DNA of 64,000 bases from a virus (Duplodnaviria; Caudoviricetes). This document shows, in pieces, positions 47,802 through 57,410 of the stretch; the first letter of the stretch is position 1, and each line of letters starts with the position of its first letter. The notes beneath the pieces are model-generated. The model did no database searches, was not told the DNA's origin, and worked only from the letters and a program-made list of their open reading frames with translations. The position numbers and the translations under genes are program-made. The DNA is taken from positions 64,001-128,000 of the IMG/VR virus record IMGVR_UViG_3300047539_000078; one strand, 5' to 3'.

Positions 47802-48090
47802 CTTTGTATTCCTCGATGAGTTCAAGCAGGGCGTCGCCGTGGCAGGGAAACTTCGGGCGGCACCAACATCCCATGACCTTGCCTTCAAGTTCGGGAAGGG
47901 CATTCCAGAGTTCCGGCTTGGATCGGATGTATTCCTTGTATTGCTCTACGATTTTGTACCGTTCTTGGGGAGTATCGTTGCGGAGGGGAAACGGATTGCC
48001 CCACTTCGAGGCGGGGTATTCCAGGAATGCACGTCCGATATATACATCGAATTGCGATTTTCTCACGTGGACGACCAGTATCTGGGGCAT
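47767..48090 (-). CDS. DUF4326-family protein
   Basis: VVH..FDVYIGR..SKWGNPF..L.GK.MGCWC.P..CHGD.L. Confidence 0.85.
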   Translation of the reverse strand: MPQILVVHVRKSQFDVYIGRAFLEYPASKWGNPFPLRNDTPQERYKIVEQYKEYIRSKPELWNALPELEGKVMGCWCRPKFPCHGDALLELIEEYKDAVLRQSQVQE

Positions 48091-48116
48091 TTCCTATGAT
48101 ACCACGATTCGTGCGG

Positions 48117-48890
48117 TTAGAGGTTGGAGAATCGCCCGCCGCGTTCCACTTGTTCGCCGGGGCGGGCCGGATCAGGGAAGAACGGGCTAATGATGAAGAC
48201 CAGATTGGGGCGCATAGGCATCGGGCGCTTCGTGCTGATCGGAAATAGGCCGACGCTGTCCGCGATGCGACCTACCTTTTTCGTCAACTCAGGGATGCCT
48301 TCACCCTCGAATGTGGTGAAGAACGGAATCATACCGCCGACTCCCGGAGGGATGGAGCCGCGACCGCAGATCCGGATTTGTGCGTTGAAGACGATTTCGA
48401 CGGCATAGAGCGGCCACTGCCAGCCTTTCTGCTCCATTTTTCCTCGAACAGGTCCCAGCGCTCCAGGATGAGCGGTGCGAACGGCTTCGGGTCGATCCAG
48501 TTGAGGAAGTTCGTCGGGGTGCCGCCGACCCAGTCCGGCTGGAAGAAGTTGTTCGCCGGTTCCTCCGTGAAGTTCCCGTTGGCTAATCGCCTTGAAGCTG
48601 TTCCCCTGCGGCGGGGGCGGGTTGAATGGGGCCACATTGGTGCACTTCCACATGACTGTTCCGTCGAGGATGGTGCTCGCGACCTGTGCGCGATCGAGAA
48701 GCCATAGAGTGAACGGGTAGCCCCAATAGGTGCCGTCAGGGTTGGTGCCGCCGCCTGTCTCCCCGGTCGTCGTAGCCGTCCACGTGATGATGCGAATCTG
48801 GTTGTTGCTTATCAGACTCGTCCCAATCGCGAACTGTTCACGAGGCGTCCACGGCATGCCGCTGGTGCTTACGGTGGTCTTGTAGTCCAT
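48117..48890 (-). CDS. putative virion protein (internal frameshifts likely)
   Basis: W...DGTVMWKC motif; preceded by the late-type motif GATTTT-N6-CATTGG at 48892-48909. Confidence 0.4.
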   Translation of the reverse strand: MDYKTTVSTSGMPWTPREQFAIGTSLISNNQIRIITWTATTTGETGGGTNPDGTYWGYPFTLWLLDRAQVASTILDGTVMWKCTNVAPFNPPPPQGNSFKAISQRELHGGTGEQLLPAGLGRRHPDELPQLDRPEAVRTAHPGALGPVRGKMEQKGWQWPLYAVEIVFNAQIRICGRGSIPPGVGGMIPFFTTFEGEGIPELTKKVGRIADSVGLFPISTKRPMPMRPNLVFIISPFFPDPARPGEQVERGGRFSNL

Positions 48891-48907
48891 ACCAATGAAT
48901 CAGAAAA

Positions 48908-49237
48908 TCAAAAGGATGTAATGTATACCAAGTAAAGGGATTTGCCGTTGGCGGATTCCGGTAGGGGCATATGCTTCATGCGCGTTGTCACGAGGATGAG
49001 GTCCTTGATGCCGGGGTGTTCCGCATACCGGAAGAGCTGGCGTATTACCGACGAGAGGGAGCCGTCCACCTTGACCTCTATGCCTATACCCGGTTCAGCC
49101 AAGAGAAAATCGATGCGATCCTTCTTGGTGATCGGCACTTCCCGCTTGAAGGCTATCCCGTCCCCGGCGAGCAGTTGCCCGATACCGGCTTGGAGGTCCA
49201 TCTCCCCGGAATAGCGGAAACGGGCGCTATGTATCAA
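48908..49237 (-). CDS. PD-(D/E)XK nuclease-like protein
   Basis: E..LQ..REV..RIDFL..IGIEVK..Q..RY. Confidence 0.7.
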   Translation of the reverse strand: MIHSARFRYSGEMDLQAGIGQLLAGDGIAFKREVPITKKDRIDFLLAEPGIGIEVKVDGSLSSVIRQLFRYAEHPGIKDLILVTTRMKHMPLPESANGKSLYLVYITSF

Positions 49238-49289
49238 CCGGCATAGTCCTTTAGGGGTTCGGTTTGAAGACTATATCGGACAAGTTTTT

Positions 49290-49307
49290 GACTTTCAACC
49301 TCTTAAA
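49290..49307 (+). promoter_or_regulatory. putative phage late promoter GACTTT-N6-CTTAAA
   Basis: Same motif and spacing as at 14012 and 41989. Confidence 0.45.
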
Positions 49308-49361
49308 TGAAATGCATTATCTACGGGGTAGCTCCCCGACCTGAAACAGGAGAATACTGAC

Positions 49362-49838
49362 ATGTCGAATCCAGAATTTGTGCTAGCCCAGTTTGAAATC
49401 GGGGATGACGCCAAGGGTCTCGCCCGTGCAGCAACCTATCTTGCCCTGCAAATCTCGACCGGCAAGGCGACCAAGCTCGTCGCATCCGCAGTCTACAGCC
49501 GCGCCTCAGGGTCCGCGTTCCTCGTCCTCTTGCTTGGAACCGCATCATCCGCTGGCGGCGGCACGCTCGGCACCGTGTCGAGCCTTGAGGCGGAAATCGG
49601 GGAATCGAACATTGGACTCACGTCCTTTGCAGCCGCAGCGAACGTGCTCTACACAGGCGGCGGTTCACCGGCTCTCCGGTACTCGCCCACGTCCAGAGCT
49701 TCCAGGTGTATGCGCGTCAATCGGCCATCGCATTCGCCAGCATCGTGCTCTCGAACTAATACCCGCACAACCACAACGTCAATAGAGCCGACCCCTACAA
49801 GGGGTTGGCTTTTTTTGTTTAGTCTAGGTCCAGTGTGA
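49362..49838 (+). CDS. putative small virion protein (true stop probably near 49760)
   Basis: AGGAG RBS, late-type motif upstream, GGSPA motif; a terminator lies inside the track ORF's 3' end. Confidence 0.45.
   Translation: MSNPEFVLAQFEIGDDAKGLARAATYLALQISTGKATKLVASAVYSRASGSAFLVLLLGTASSAGGGTLGTVSSLEAEIGESNIGLTSFAAAANVLYTGGGSPALRYSPTSRASRCMRVNRPSHSPASCSRTNTRTTTTSIEPTPTRGWLFLFSLGPV
49786..49817 (+). terminator. Rho-independent terminator
   Basis: AGCCGACCCC / GGGGTTGGCT stem followed by a T run. Confidence 0.8.
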
Positions 49839-49903
49839 GGGGAGGATCGTCTTCCTCAAGGTCCTTGAAGTCAATGGCCTGGATAGGCTTTAGGGGGCGG
49901 GAA

Positions 49904-50065
49904 TTAGGCGGCGTGCATGTCTTCCGCACGCTCTTGGTCTACTATGTGCTGCGTGAAGGGAAGCATGGCGCAGCGGAACCAGACGGCGACTACCTTGCCG
50001 TCCGGCCCGATCTCCACGTTTACTTCCCCAGTTTGATGAATGGTGCGGTCATGTCCGTATATCAT
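49904..50065 (-). CDS. small hypothetical protein (not in the ORF track)
   Basis: ATG 5 nt after TAGTATTAT; MIYGHDRTIHQTGEVNVEIGPDGKVVAVWFRCAMLPF... Confidence 0.5.
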   Translation of the reverse strand: MIYGHDRTIHQTGEVNVEIGPDGKVVAVWFRCAMLPFTQHIVDQERAEDMHAA

Positions 50066-50076
50066 CCCCTATAATA

Positions 50077-50905
50077 CTAGGGAATCTGCGGTGCCGCCGA
50101 GTCAAAGAACCCGACCGCCTGCAGTGCATTCACGCTAGCCGCGACATCTGCGTCATCTACGGCCACATTGGAGAACATGACGGCGTTCACAGCAATCGTA
50201 GGCACGAGAGATGAAGACGACACCGTGAACGTCCCGTTTTGGGCAAGGCACGTGAACTGTGAGCTGTTGTCGACAACGCCGGTGCAATCGACCGCTGAGC
50301 CGACGTTGTTGATGCCGCTAAGAGAAGCCCCACCGTTAAGACTTCCCGGAACGTTAACATATGTCCCGGCCACCCCGTTCAGGTCAGAGGTCGTGGTCGT
50401 TATCGAGAGGTTGCCGCTCATAGCCAAGCCGGTCGGATTCCCCGAATAGATTTGGCTCCACGTCGGGTAGTGGATGTAGCCCCCGCCGTTGTACCAGCCC
50501 CACCACGGGTTGTTGTATATGATCGGGTAATGCACGCACGGGCAGCCATGATCAAGTCTGCAACCGCAGTTGTGGTAGTGATAGTGGTACTCATAGACTT
50601 GCTTGGTGAAGTCGATCCACCCAGCCGGGGGAGGGAATCGTGCCGAGGATGCTCTCCAGGCTGTGCTTGGCACCCGCCAAGTTGCGGGACTCGCCGTCAA
50701 GGACGACGCGCATATCCGTCAGTTTCTTAAGTTCTTCGGTGTGTTTGGCGTTGAGCTTGGCGATCTTGGCGTCCAGAGCCTCGATGAGGGGCTTCTTGGC
50801 CTCCAAGTGCTTCTCCACATCCTTGAGCATCTTGGCGTAGCTCTTCTGTTCCGCCGTCAGCTTGACTTTCTTGGTCTTTGATACTGCCTTCTTCGGTCTT
50901 CCCAC
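50077..50905 (-). CDS. coiled-coil plus Cys/His/Tyr-rich protein (apparent frameshift near 50630)
   Basis: AGGAG RBS; basic coiled coil, then HYHYHNCGC..PWWGWY in the next frame. Confidence 0.45.
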
Positions 50906-50917
50906 GATGCTCTCCTG

Positions 50918-51358
50918 TTAAATGAATTCTCCAGCTCTTAAAAATCCATGAAACGAACCGCATTGAATGCTGCCCGCCCCGGCGTTGCAAGTCACCCCAT
51001 GCTTATCAACATCAAGGAGCGGGGGCACCCCGTGGCGGACCCAGCAGCGGTGCAATGTGTCGTCCGGCTGCGTGCAGTTACTCGCCCGTGAGTCGATATC
51101 CCAATCCCCGCCCGGGGTGGCGACCATCAGGTGCGGTTCGGTCTCGTTGCCCCAGACTATATTCTTGGGATACCAAGTCGCCCACCACATAGCACCAACA
51201 CCGAAATCGTGTGTGAAGCGCTTTTCCTCACCGGTTAACGGGTTGCGCCACCCTATGTGCGCATAAAACGGGGGCCAATCGTCTTCACTGTGGAAGAGAA
51301 TGACATTCTTATCTAGTATTGGCTCAATTAAAAAGCATTTGATTCCCATTGTCTTCAA
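50918..51358 (-). CDS. Cys/His-containing phage hypothetical protein
   Basis: P.G.W.IDSRASNC..H.CWVRHG..C..G.GSI...FHGFL..G. Confidence 0.65.
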   Translation of the reverse strand: MKTMGIKCFLIEPILDKNVILFHSEDDWPPFYAHIGWRNPLTGEEKRFTHDFGVGAMWWATWYPKNIVWGNETEPHLMVATPGGDWDIDSRASNCTQPDDTLHRCWVRHGVPPLLDVDKHGVTCNAGAGSIQCGSFHGFLRAGEFI

Positions 51359-51519
51359 AAAACAAACTCATAGTCACAAAACTAATTTAATTAGTGAACC
51401 TGCCACTATGATACTGGGTTTTTAACGATTTCACCAAAAATATGCGTTTCAGCATACGCTGAAACCGCCATGTAAGGTGATTGCCAAAAGCTTAGTATTA
51501 TACAGGTTGAGGACAACTG

Positions 51520-52712
51520 ATGATTTTGACCTATGGAACCCCCGCACAGCTCAAGAAGTTGCAGGGGCAGAACTGGCATTACATCGAATTGCGCAGCGAG
51601 CACACGGTGGAGAACACCCTGCGTCGCATCGGCGATAAACTCCTCGGTATCTTCCGCAACGAGGCCGTTGAGGTCTTCGTTCCGGTGACGCGCCGCGACT
51701 TGGATGTATTCGAGCTTGAGACGAGTGTCTATGTCTACATCCGCTCCACGTCGTTTCCGTGCGTCATCCGCCTGAAGTCCGTCACCGGCGTAGTCAGCCT
51801 CGTTACTGAGGGCGACATGAACCGTCCGTCTCGCGCCATCGCCGTGCCCGACAAATACGTCCAGGAGCGCATCAGCGTGATCAAGACCAAGTTCTTCGGT
51901 CGCGCCGAGGGCATCAAGGGTCGGGAGTTTCGTCCGCATCATCGACGGTGAGACACGCGATTACTGCGGTCATGTCCTTCTTTTGAGCGGCACCATGGCC
52001 TGCGTCAAGATAGACCTCAAGACCAAGAGCCTCTTGATCGAGACGCCTATCCGCAACCTGCTCAACCTTCCTAATGTCCCCGACAATCAGCGCGTCTTCT
52101 ACCACTGCCCGCTGGTGAAGAAGCTCGCCGAGGACGGTAAAGTCGCGCTCATCACGGAGGACCTCAAGTTTTCTGAGAACGCCAACATGGGCAAGACCCT
52201 GCCTGAGATTCAACTGGAACCCGAGCAGATCAAGAGATACAGCCGCCAGCGCACGGTGACCGCGCTCGTCAAGCGCCTCGTGACCGAAGGGATGACCGAT
52301 CCCATAGCGTTGGCCAAGGAAGTCATCGTCGCCATCAAGAAGAAGGACATCAAGACCCCGAAGAACCTCCTCATCATCTATTGCATCATCAAGGACGCGC
52401 TGATGCGGGTCCACTTCATGAAGAAGGACCCCCAAGCTGGAGAATTACCGGGATGTCATCCGCAAGCACGGGAAACAGTACAAGTTCAGCCCGTCTGACA
52501 TTGCGGCTTTGGACCGCACATTAGGTGTTCCGATCATGACCCTTGATCCCGCTAAGGATGGCCGAAGCCGCTCCGCCCGCGAGCAGAAACGCCAGCTTCG
52601 GGAATTGGAGCAAGAGCAGAAGGCCGTCGCGGCAGCAGAACCGAAGAAGCGCAAGACTAAATTGAAGGAGTCGAAGCATGAGCAGCCCACCCATTTCACC
52701 CAGCACGTATAG
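51520..52712 (+). CDS. nusG: NusG/RfaH-like transcription factor with long C-terminal extension (apparent frameshifts near 51918 and 52435)
   Basis: NGN: WHYIE..VEVFVP..YVYI..VTGVVSLV..AVP; corrected frame gives KOW IKVGSFVRIIDGETRDYCGHV. Confidence 0.7.
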
Positions 52713-53519
52713 CGTACTCCCCGAGGTCACATTCTTGAAGGCTCACGAGAAGCTTATCATCGTGATCTTGCTTATCATCGGCATACTATTCGGCGTCGTC
52801 AAAGGCCTTGATGCCTGGTACTCCGTTGAAAAGCTCAAGTCCGACCAATTGGCGCAGCAGGTCGTCGCCGATCAGAAGCAGATCGCGGCTACTCAGCTGA
52901 TCGCGGCCCAATTGCAGAAATCAGCCGTCCAGGACAAGGCTACGCTAACCGCCACGGTTCAAGCCGTAACGACTCAAAACGCCCGGATAAGCGCCCAGAA
53001 CGCCTCCCTAGCGGCACAGAACGCGGCTCTGACGAAGTCCACAGCCGTCCAACAGGCAAAAGACGCTACTTTGACGCTTCCGCAGCTTGGGACCCCGCCC
53101 TCGTCCAGCTCGTTCCCAACGTCAATCCGAAGGATTTCGTCGTGTCCGCCGATGGCAAGGATGCCGCCGTCGGCACGGATACCGCCCAAAAGGTGGTCTC
53201 CCAACTCGAACTCGTGCCGGACCTCCAAGCGCAGAATGCGAACCTCACTACTACAAACACGAATCTCGCATCGGAACTGACCGGCGAGGAGAAGCTTTCC
53301 GCCGAGCAAACTTCCTACGAGGCCATTTTGGAGAAGGAAGTTGCTGCCCAGACGACGGTGATAGCCGATCAGCAGAAGAAGATCGACGACGCCCAGAAGC
53401 TGTGCAACCAGCAGATAGCGATCGAGAAGACCAACTCGAAGAAGAAGTTCGTTTCCGGATTGAAGTGGGGAGCGGGGATAGGCCTCGGAATCGCGATTGT
53501 TGTGGCACACTTCCTATAA
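52678..53519 (+). CDS. two-TM coiled-coil protein, possibly spanin-like (apparent frameshift near 53095)
   Basis: N-terminal TM, long Q/A-rich coiled coil, C-terminal TM GAGIGLGIAIVV. Confidence 0.5.
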
Positions 53520-53520
53520 A

Positions 53521-53724
53521 ATGAAAGAATGCCTTAAAGGATGTTTCAAGCTCTACTTGGCCTACATGGCTGCGGGTGCTGCCGCCATACCGGCGGGTAT
53601 GGCCTACGCCTTCATTGCTATGAACGGACAGGCAAAGTGGTATGACGCCGCTATAGCGATTTTCGCGGGCTTCCTACTGGCACACCATGCATTCACCTAT
53701 GTCTCTAAGAAACTAAAATGCTAG
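53521..53724 (+). CDS. small membrane protein
   Basis: Two hydrophobic segments. Confidence 0.45.
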   Translation: MKECLKGCFKLYLAYMAAGAAAIPAGMAYAFIAMNGQAKWYDAAIAIFAGFLLAHHAFTYVSKKLKC

Positions 53725-53923
53725 GATACTATCACAGAAAGAACGGCAAAGCTTTTCATTGCTCATTTAGTGCATACCTGGATTGGACCCGCCGACGGTT
53801 CATGCATGTGCTAGTGCCGGAACTTGATGAGGGGAAGGTTTCCGTTGATTGCCTGATGAAGCTCAACAACGACACATTCACACGGCAATTGATGCTGATG
53901 GATTTGTACGGCTCTACCTACAA

Positions 53924-54490
53924 CTAGTAGACTTCCTTCAGGAACTCGGCGACGGATTTTACGCGGGGAAGGTCCACGTGCCGGTTGTAGGACGTGTCAA
54001 GCAGGCGGGCGTTGTGGTCGGGGATGGTAAGGCACTCTTCCACCGTCGATGGCAGATCGTCCAAACTCCACGGAATCCCCATCTCCCGCAGGAAGTGTTG
54101 CTTCATACCCGAACTTTCCACGACATGGACATTCTTGTCGGGAAGCCCGTTGATGGAAAGCCAAAGCTTTGTTTGTTTCTCAGTGGAATAACCCGTCGAC
54201 GGCGACCGGCATGTCAGGAAGTGAACTAATCCTCCGCCGTGTTCGTCCACGTGATTACGCAAAGCTTCCACATTCTCCTCTAAGACCGGCATTTTCATCC
54301 AGAGGTTTTCGGACGCGAGCATATCCTTGAACACGGAATCAAACACGCCTTTCGGGAGGTCGGCGAAGTGGTACTTGGTGCAGATATAGTCATCGGGGAT
54401 TTTGCCTGGGTGAAGGCGTCTGGTCACATCGATAGCGGCTGTCATGAAATCGCTCAGCACGCCGTCGAGGTCGATTGATATTCTGGTCAT
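53924..54490 (-). CDS. HAD-family 5'(3')-deoxyribonucleotidase (NT5C-like)
   Basis: IDLDGVLSDF, LT.R, K, LDD, YN. Confidence 0.85.
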   Translation of the reverse strand: MTRISIDLDGVLSDFMTAAIDVTRRLHPGKIPDDYICTKYHFADLPKGVFDSVFKDMLASENLWMKMPVLEENVEALRNHVDEHGGGLVHFLTCRSPSTGYSTEKQTKLWLSINGLPDKNVHVVESSGMKQHFLREMGIPWSLDDLPSTVEECLTIPDHNARLLDTSYNRHVDLPRVKSVAEFLKEVY

Positions 54491-54498
54491 TTGCGGGT

Positions 54499-54930
54499 CT
54501 ACATCGCACCCCGAGCTTTCCCCTGCAGGTACGATCCAAATTTCATGATGGCATCCGCCGTCAAATTGTCAACCGTTTCCTGGTACTCGCCGAGTTCATC
54601 GAAACCGACCCACTTCGCCGCACTGAACACGCCAGGCATCGGAATCGGTTCGATGTTGCCTTCTTTCCCGATAGGCTGCGCTATGGCGACGACCACTACA
54701 TAGTGATGGTCGGGTTTGATGTCTTCCGAGATGAAGATGGAGCCGCCGATGGTGACCGCGACGCCGGTCGTCTCGAATACGGCCTTCTGGGCTACGCCGT
54801 GCGCCGGTTGTCCAAAGCTGATTTCGGCCTTGGGTAGCGTCCATTGCTTGGATGCGGAGTCCTGCCCAAGCAGGAGTGATGTCTTGTTCATGACGATGAC
54901 GGCTACTATGGGCAGGACTTGCGGGGTCAT
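54499..54930 (-). CDS. NUDIX-fold protein with degenerate Nudix box
   Basis: V.VI...LLL...WTLPK then AEISFGQPAHGVAQKAVFETTGV in place of G-x5-E-x7-RE-x2-EE-x-G. Confidence 0.6.
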   Translation of the reverse strand: MTPQVLPIVAVIVMNKTSLLLGQDSASKQWTLPKAEISFGQPAHGVAQKAVFETTGVAVTIGGSIFISEDIKPDHHYVVVVAIAQPIGKEGNIEPIPMPGVFSAAKWVGFDELGEYQETVDNLTADAIMKFGSYLQGKARGAM

Positions 54931-54931
54931 T

Positions 54932-55339
54932 TTACGCCTCGTCTTCGCTCGCGCCGGTTCTGGTTCTTGAACTGGTGCCCGTCGTCGGTGTAGCGGAGGC
55001 GTTCGATACCGTGCTAGCGATTGTCGCTGGCGACGGTGCCGGTGCTGCGGGGGCCGTCGGTGCCGGTACAGGCGTCGTTGACGGGGCTCGTGCCGGGGCC
55101 TGCGTCGGCTTGATGAGTAGTTCCGCCGATGATTTGACCGCGACCGGTTCAGGGACCTTGGTTAACTCAGGGACGGGGACGGCGTTACCCGTTATCGCTG
55201 ATGTTGGAAATCCAAGAAGGGGAGCCTGATGATGCCCGATCAGGATGTCAAGCTTTCCCGTAATGTTCGTGAGGTGGCTTTCGAAATTCTTCACGACCTT
55301 CTCGATAGCCGCAATTAGATTCTTGTCGCTTTCTGCCAT
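54932..55339 (-). CDS. Pro/Ala/Thr-rich hypothetical protein
   Basis: AGGAGGAG RBS. Confidence 0.5.
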   Translation of the reverse strand: MAESDKNLIAAIEKVVKNFESHLTNITGKLDILIGHHQAPLLGFPTSAITGNAVPVPELTKVPEPVAVKSSAELLIKPTQAPARAPSTTPVPAPTAPAAPAPSPATIASTVSNASATPTTGTSSRTRTGASEDEA

Positions 55340-55471
55340 TTTGAGTCTCCTCCTTGGAGATGGTGCGTCCCCAATATATTACCCGGATTTGCGGAAAAGC
55401 TTGCGGATTATCTTGGACACACCACCACGGTGCGGTTCTCAACCGAACTCACCGTTTAAAATGTCGGGGAT

Positions 55472-55756
55472 TCAATGAACAAGCGTGCCGTTGATGCGTA
55501 TGCGGCTGGAGCGGGTCATGTATTTGGCGATCGAGCGTGCGATAGCCCGCGTCGGGAAGAGGACCGGAATCATGGTCTCCTCCTTTCTCTTTGGACCACC
55601 TACGACGTAGAAGCCTTCGCCGCCTTCAGTCGTCCAGTATGACCACCACGGCTTGCGGTAATCGTTGAGCCGAAGGCGCTGGCCTTCATTCCGACCGAGG
55701 ATGGTCGGCCTTGCAGGGTCGTTGTTGCCGCCGAAGAGATTTGTTATGAAGCTCAT
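55472..55756 (-). CDS. hypothetical protein
   Basis: GAGG RBS, 94 aa. Confidence 0.5.
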   Translation of the reverse strand: MSFITNLFGGNNDPARPTILGRNEGQRLRLNDYRKPWWSYWTTEGGEGFYVVGGPKRKEETMIPVLFPTRAIARSIAKYMTRSSRIRINGTLVH

Positions 55757-55875
55757 GTTGATATACTACCTCACTTTCACTTAAAGGGGAAGGAAAACAT
55801 TTCACTTTTCCATTAGTGATGGTAAGTTGTTCAAAACAATAGGTTTACAAACAATAGCCAAATTTGCGGCGGCTG

Positions 55876-55884
55876 TGGTATAAT
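55876..55884 (+). promoter_or_regulatory. extended -10 promoter TGGTATAAT in a divergent intergenic region
   Basis: TG-n-TATAAT consensus upstream of a GGAGG RBS and ATG55905. Confidence 0.65.
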
Positions 55885-55904
55885 GTGCGTGGAGGGAAGA
55901 CGCC

Positions 55905-56786
55905 ATGATCGTTGGTTGCGAGACGAAAGACGGGCTCATCATCACTCACTCCGAGGATTCCACATGCGAGGTCTGCGCCCCGATGCCAGACGCCAAATGC
56001 GAGGTTCCCAAACCCAAGCGTCCACGGCACAAGCACATTTTCTACGATGCCACGGTTTCTGAGTACCGTGATTGCATGTGCGGCACCCACCGCTGCAATC
56101 GCCCCAAGTGCGAAAAACCGGCACTTGAAGACGGCGTCTTCTGCAAAAAACACAACCAGCCCGAAGTCTTCTGGAGCGTTGAACGCATTCAAGGGATTCT
56201 CGCCGCCCCGCTTGGCACGTCCGTTCTTGAGAACGGCAAGACCGTCAACAATACATTCATCATCTATCGCTTCCTGCTCGCTATGTACAAGCGTCAGACC
56301 GCCGACGAGCAAGCGCAGGGCTTCACCAAGCAGGACAACGGCATCGGATTCTCGGGTATCGACTCCCAGTTCCTGTCAAGTGTCGCGGCTCGCGCTCAGC
56401 AGTACATCAAGGATCATCCCGACAACCGCTTCGGCCTTTCTGCCAGACAAGCCGTGACCGTGGCGAAATGCTTGAGGAAGTACGTCAAGACGCAGCTCGT
56501 GCGCATCGCCAACGAGAGCGTTGAGTCGGTTCCCGAGACATCTACGCCACCGACCTATCAGCAGGCTTTGACGGAGCAGTATCCGCAGGGAGTGCCGCTC
56601 ACGCCGGTACTCGCCTACGAACCGCACGAGCCCGTGGCGATGACCGCCATGCTTGAGGCCAAGAAGGCCGACAACCCGACCGCATACTTCGATCCGTTCG
56701 ACGAGGGCGAGCCCATGAGCGAGCAAGCCGCCCGCGATTTCTGGAAGAAGCGCTTCGAATCTCACCCGTACAGGGGGAAGCAGTGA
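55905..56786 (+). CDS. Cys-rich hypothetical protein
   Basis: Multiple CxxC motifs; Y..QT.DEQ....T...NG.GF...D..FL.S.A domain. Confidence 0.65.
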   Translation: MIVGCETKDGLIITHSEDSTCEVCAPMPDAKCEVPKPKRPRHKHIFYDATVSEYRDCMCGTHRCNRPKCEKPALEDGVFCKKHNQPEVFWSVERIQGILAAPLGTSVLENGKTVNNTFIIYRFLLAMYKRQTADEQAQGFTKQDNGIGFSGIDSQFLSSVAARAQQYIKDHPDNRFGLSARQAVTVAKCLRKYVKTQLVRIANESVESVPETSTPPTYQQALTEQYPQGVPLTPVLAYEPHEPVAMTAMLEAKKADNPTAYFDPFDEGEPMSEQAARDFWKKRFESHPYRGKQ

Positions 56787-57019
56787 CGGCGAAAGACATC
56801 AAGGTCGGCTCGACGTACGTGATACGCCACCACGGCGGTCAGCTATGCGCGGTGCGGGTCGAGGCAATCCTGCATAAGGAATCGCTAGGCGGTCGGTCTG
56901 CAACCCGGTACAGTTGCACGAAGCTCAGCACGGGCAACGTGATAACGATAAAATCGGCGTCCAAGTTCAGACGCGAATACATGCCGACATACGTGCCGAC
57001 GGAACCGGAGGAAATGTGA
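56783..57019 (+). CDS. small SH3/KOW-like hypothetical protein
   Basis: DIKVG.TY...VRV...TG..I..KSA.KFR. Confidence 0.5.
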   Translation: MTAKDIKVGSTYVIRHHGGQLCAVRVEAILHKESLGGRSATRYSCTKLSTGNVITIKSASKFRREYMPTYVPTEPEEM

Positions 57020-57200
57020 TCTCGACTGTTGATGTGACCCGTGATAGGCGTATGAGAGCCACAGATTACATCTTTAGTTTTTCATTGGTGCATCTGGACA
57101 CCGAGAAAAGTCCACGAGGTATTCATTTGAGGCTAATGATTTTTCGAAGGTTCGTTAAGCTTCTTTTATCTAAGTGGAAAGTGAGTTAAGGAGGACGCCT

Positions 57201-57410
57201 ATGAAGATGGTATTCATCGATGCTCAGTTCCCAGACTTGCGCGGCGATTGCTACGCGAGCGGCAGGGGTTCTGGTTCTACGACGAAGGCGGCTATAAGCC
57301 GTGCGATCGGCAACCTGCTGAAGGACGGCAAGGTTCGCCGCAAGCGCATCAGCACCATCAAGATGACGGTCAGCATCACGGAGGCCTCCGATGGACCGCA
57401 AAGCGCTTGA
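57201..57410 (+). CDS. hypothetical protein
   Basis: AAGGAGG RBS. Confidence 0.55.
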   Translation: MKMVFIDAQFPDLRGDCYASGRGSGSTTKAAISRAIGNLLKDGKVRRKRISTIKMTVSITEASDGPQSA

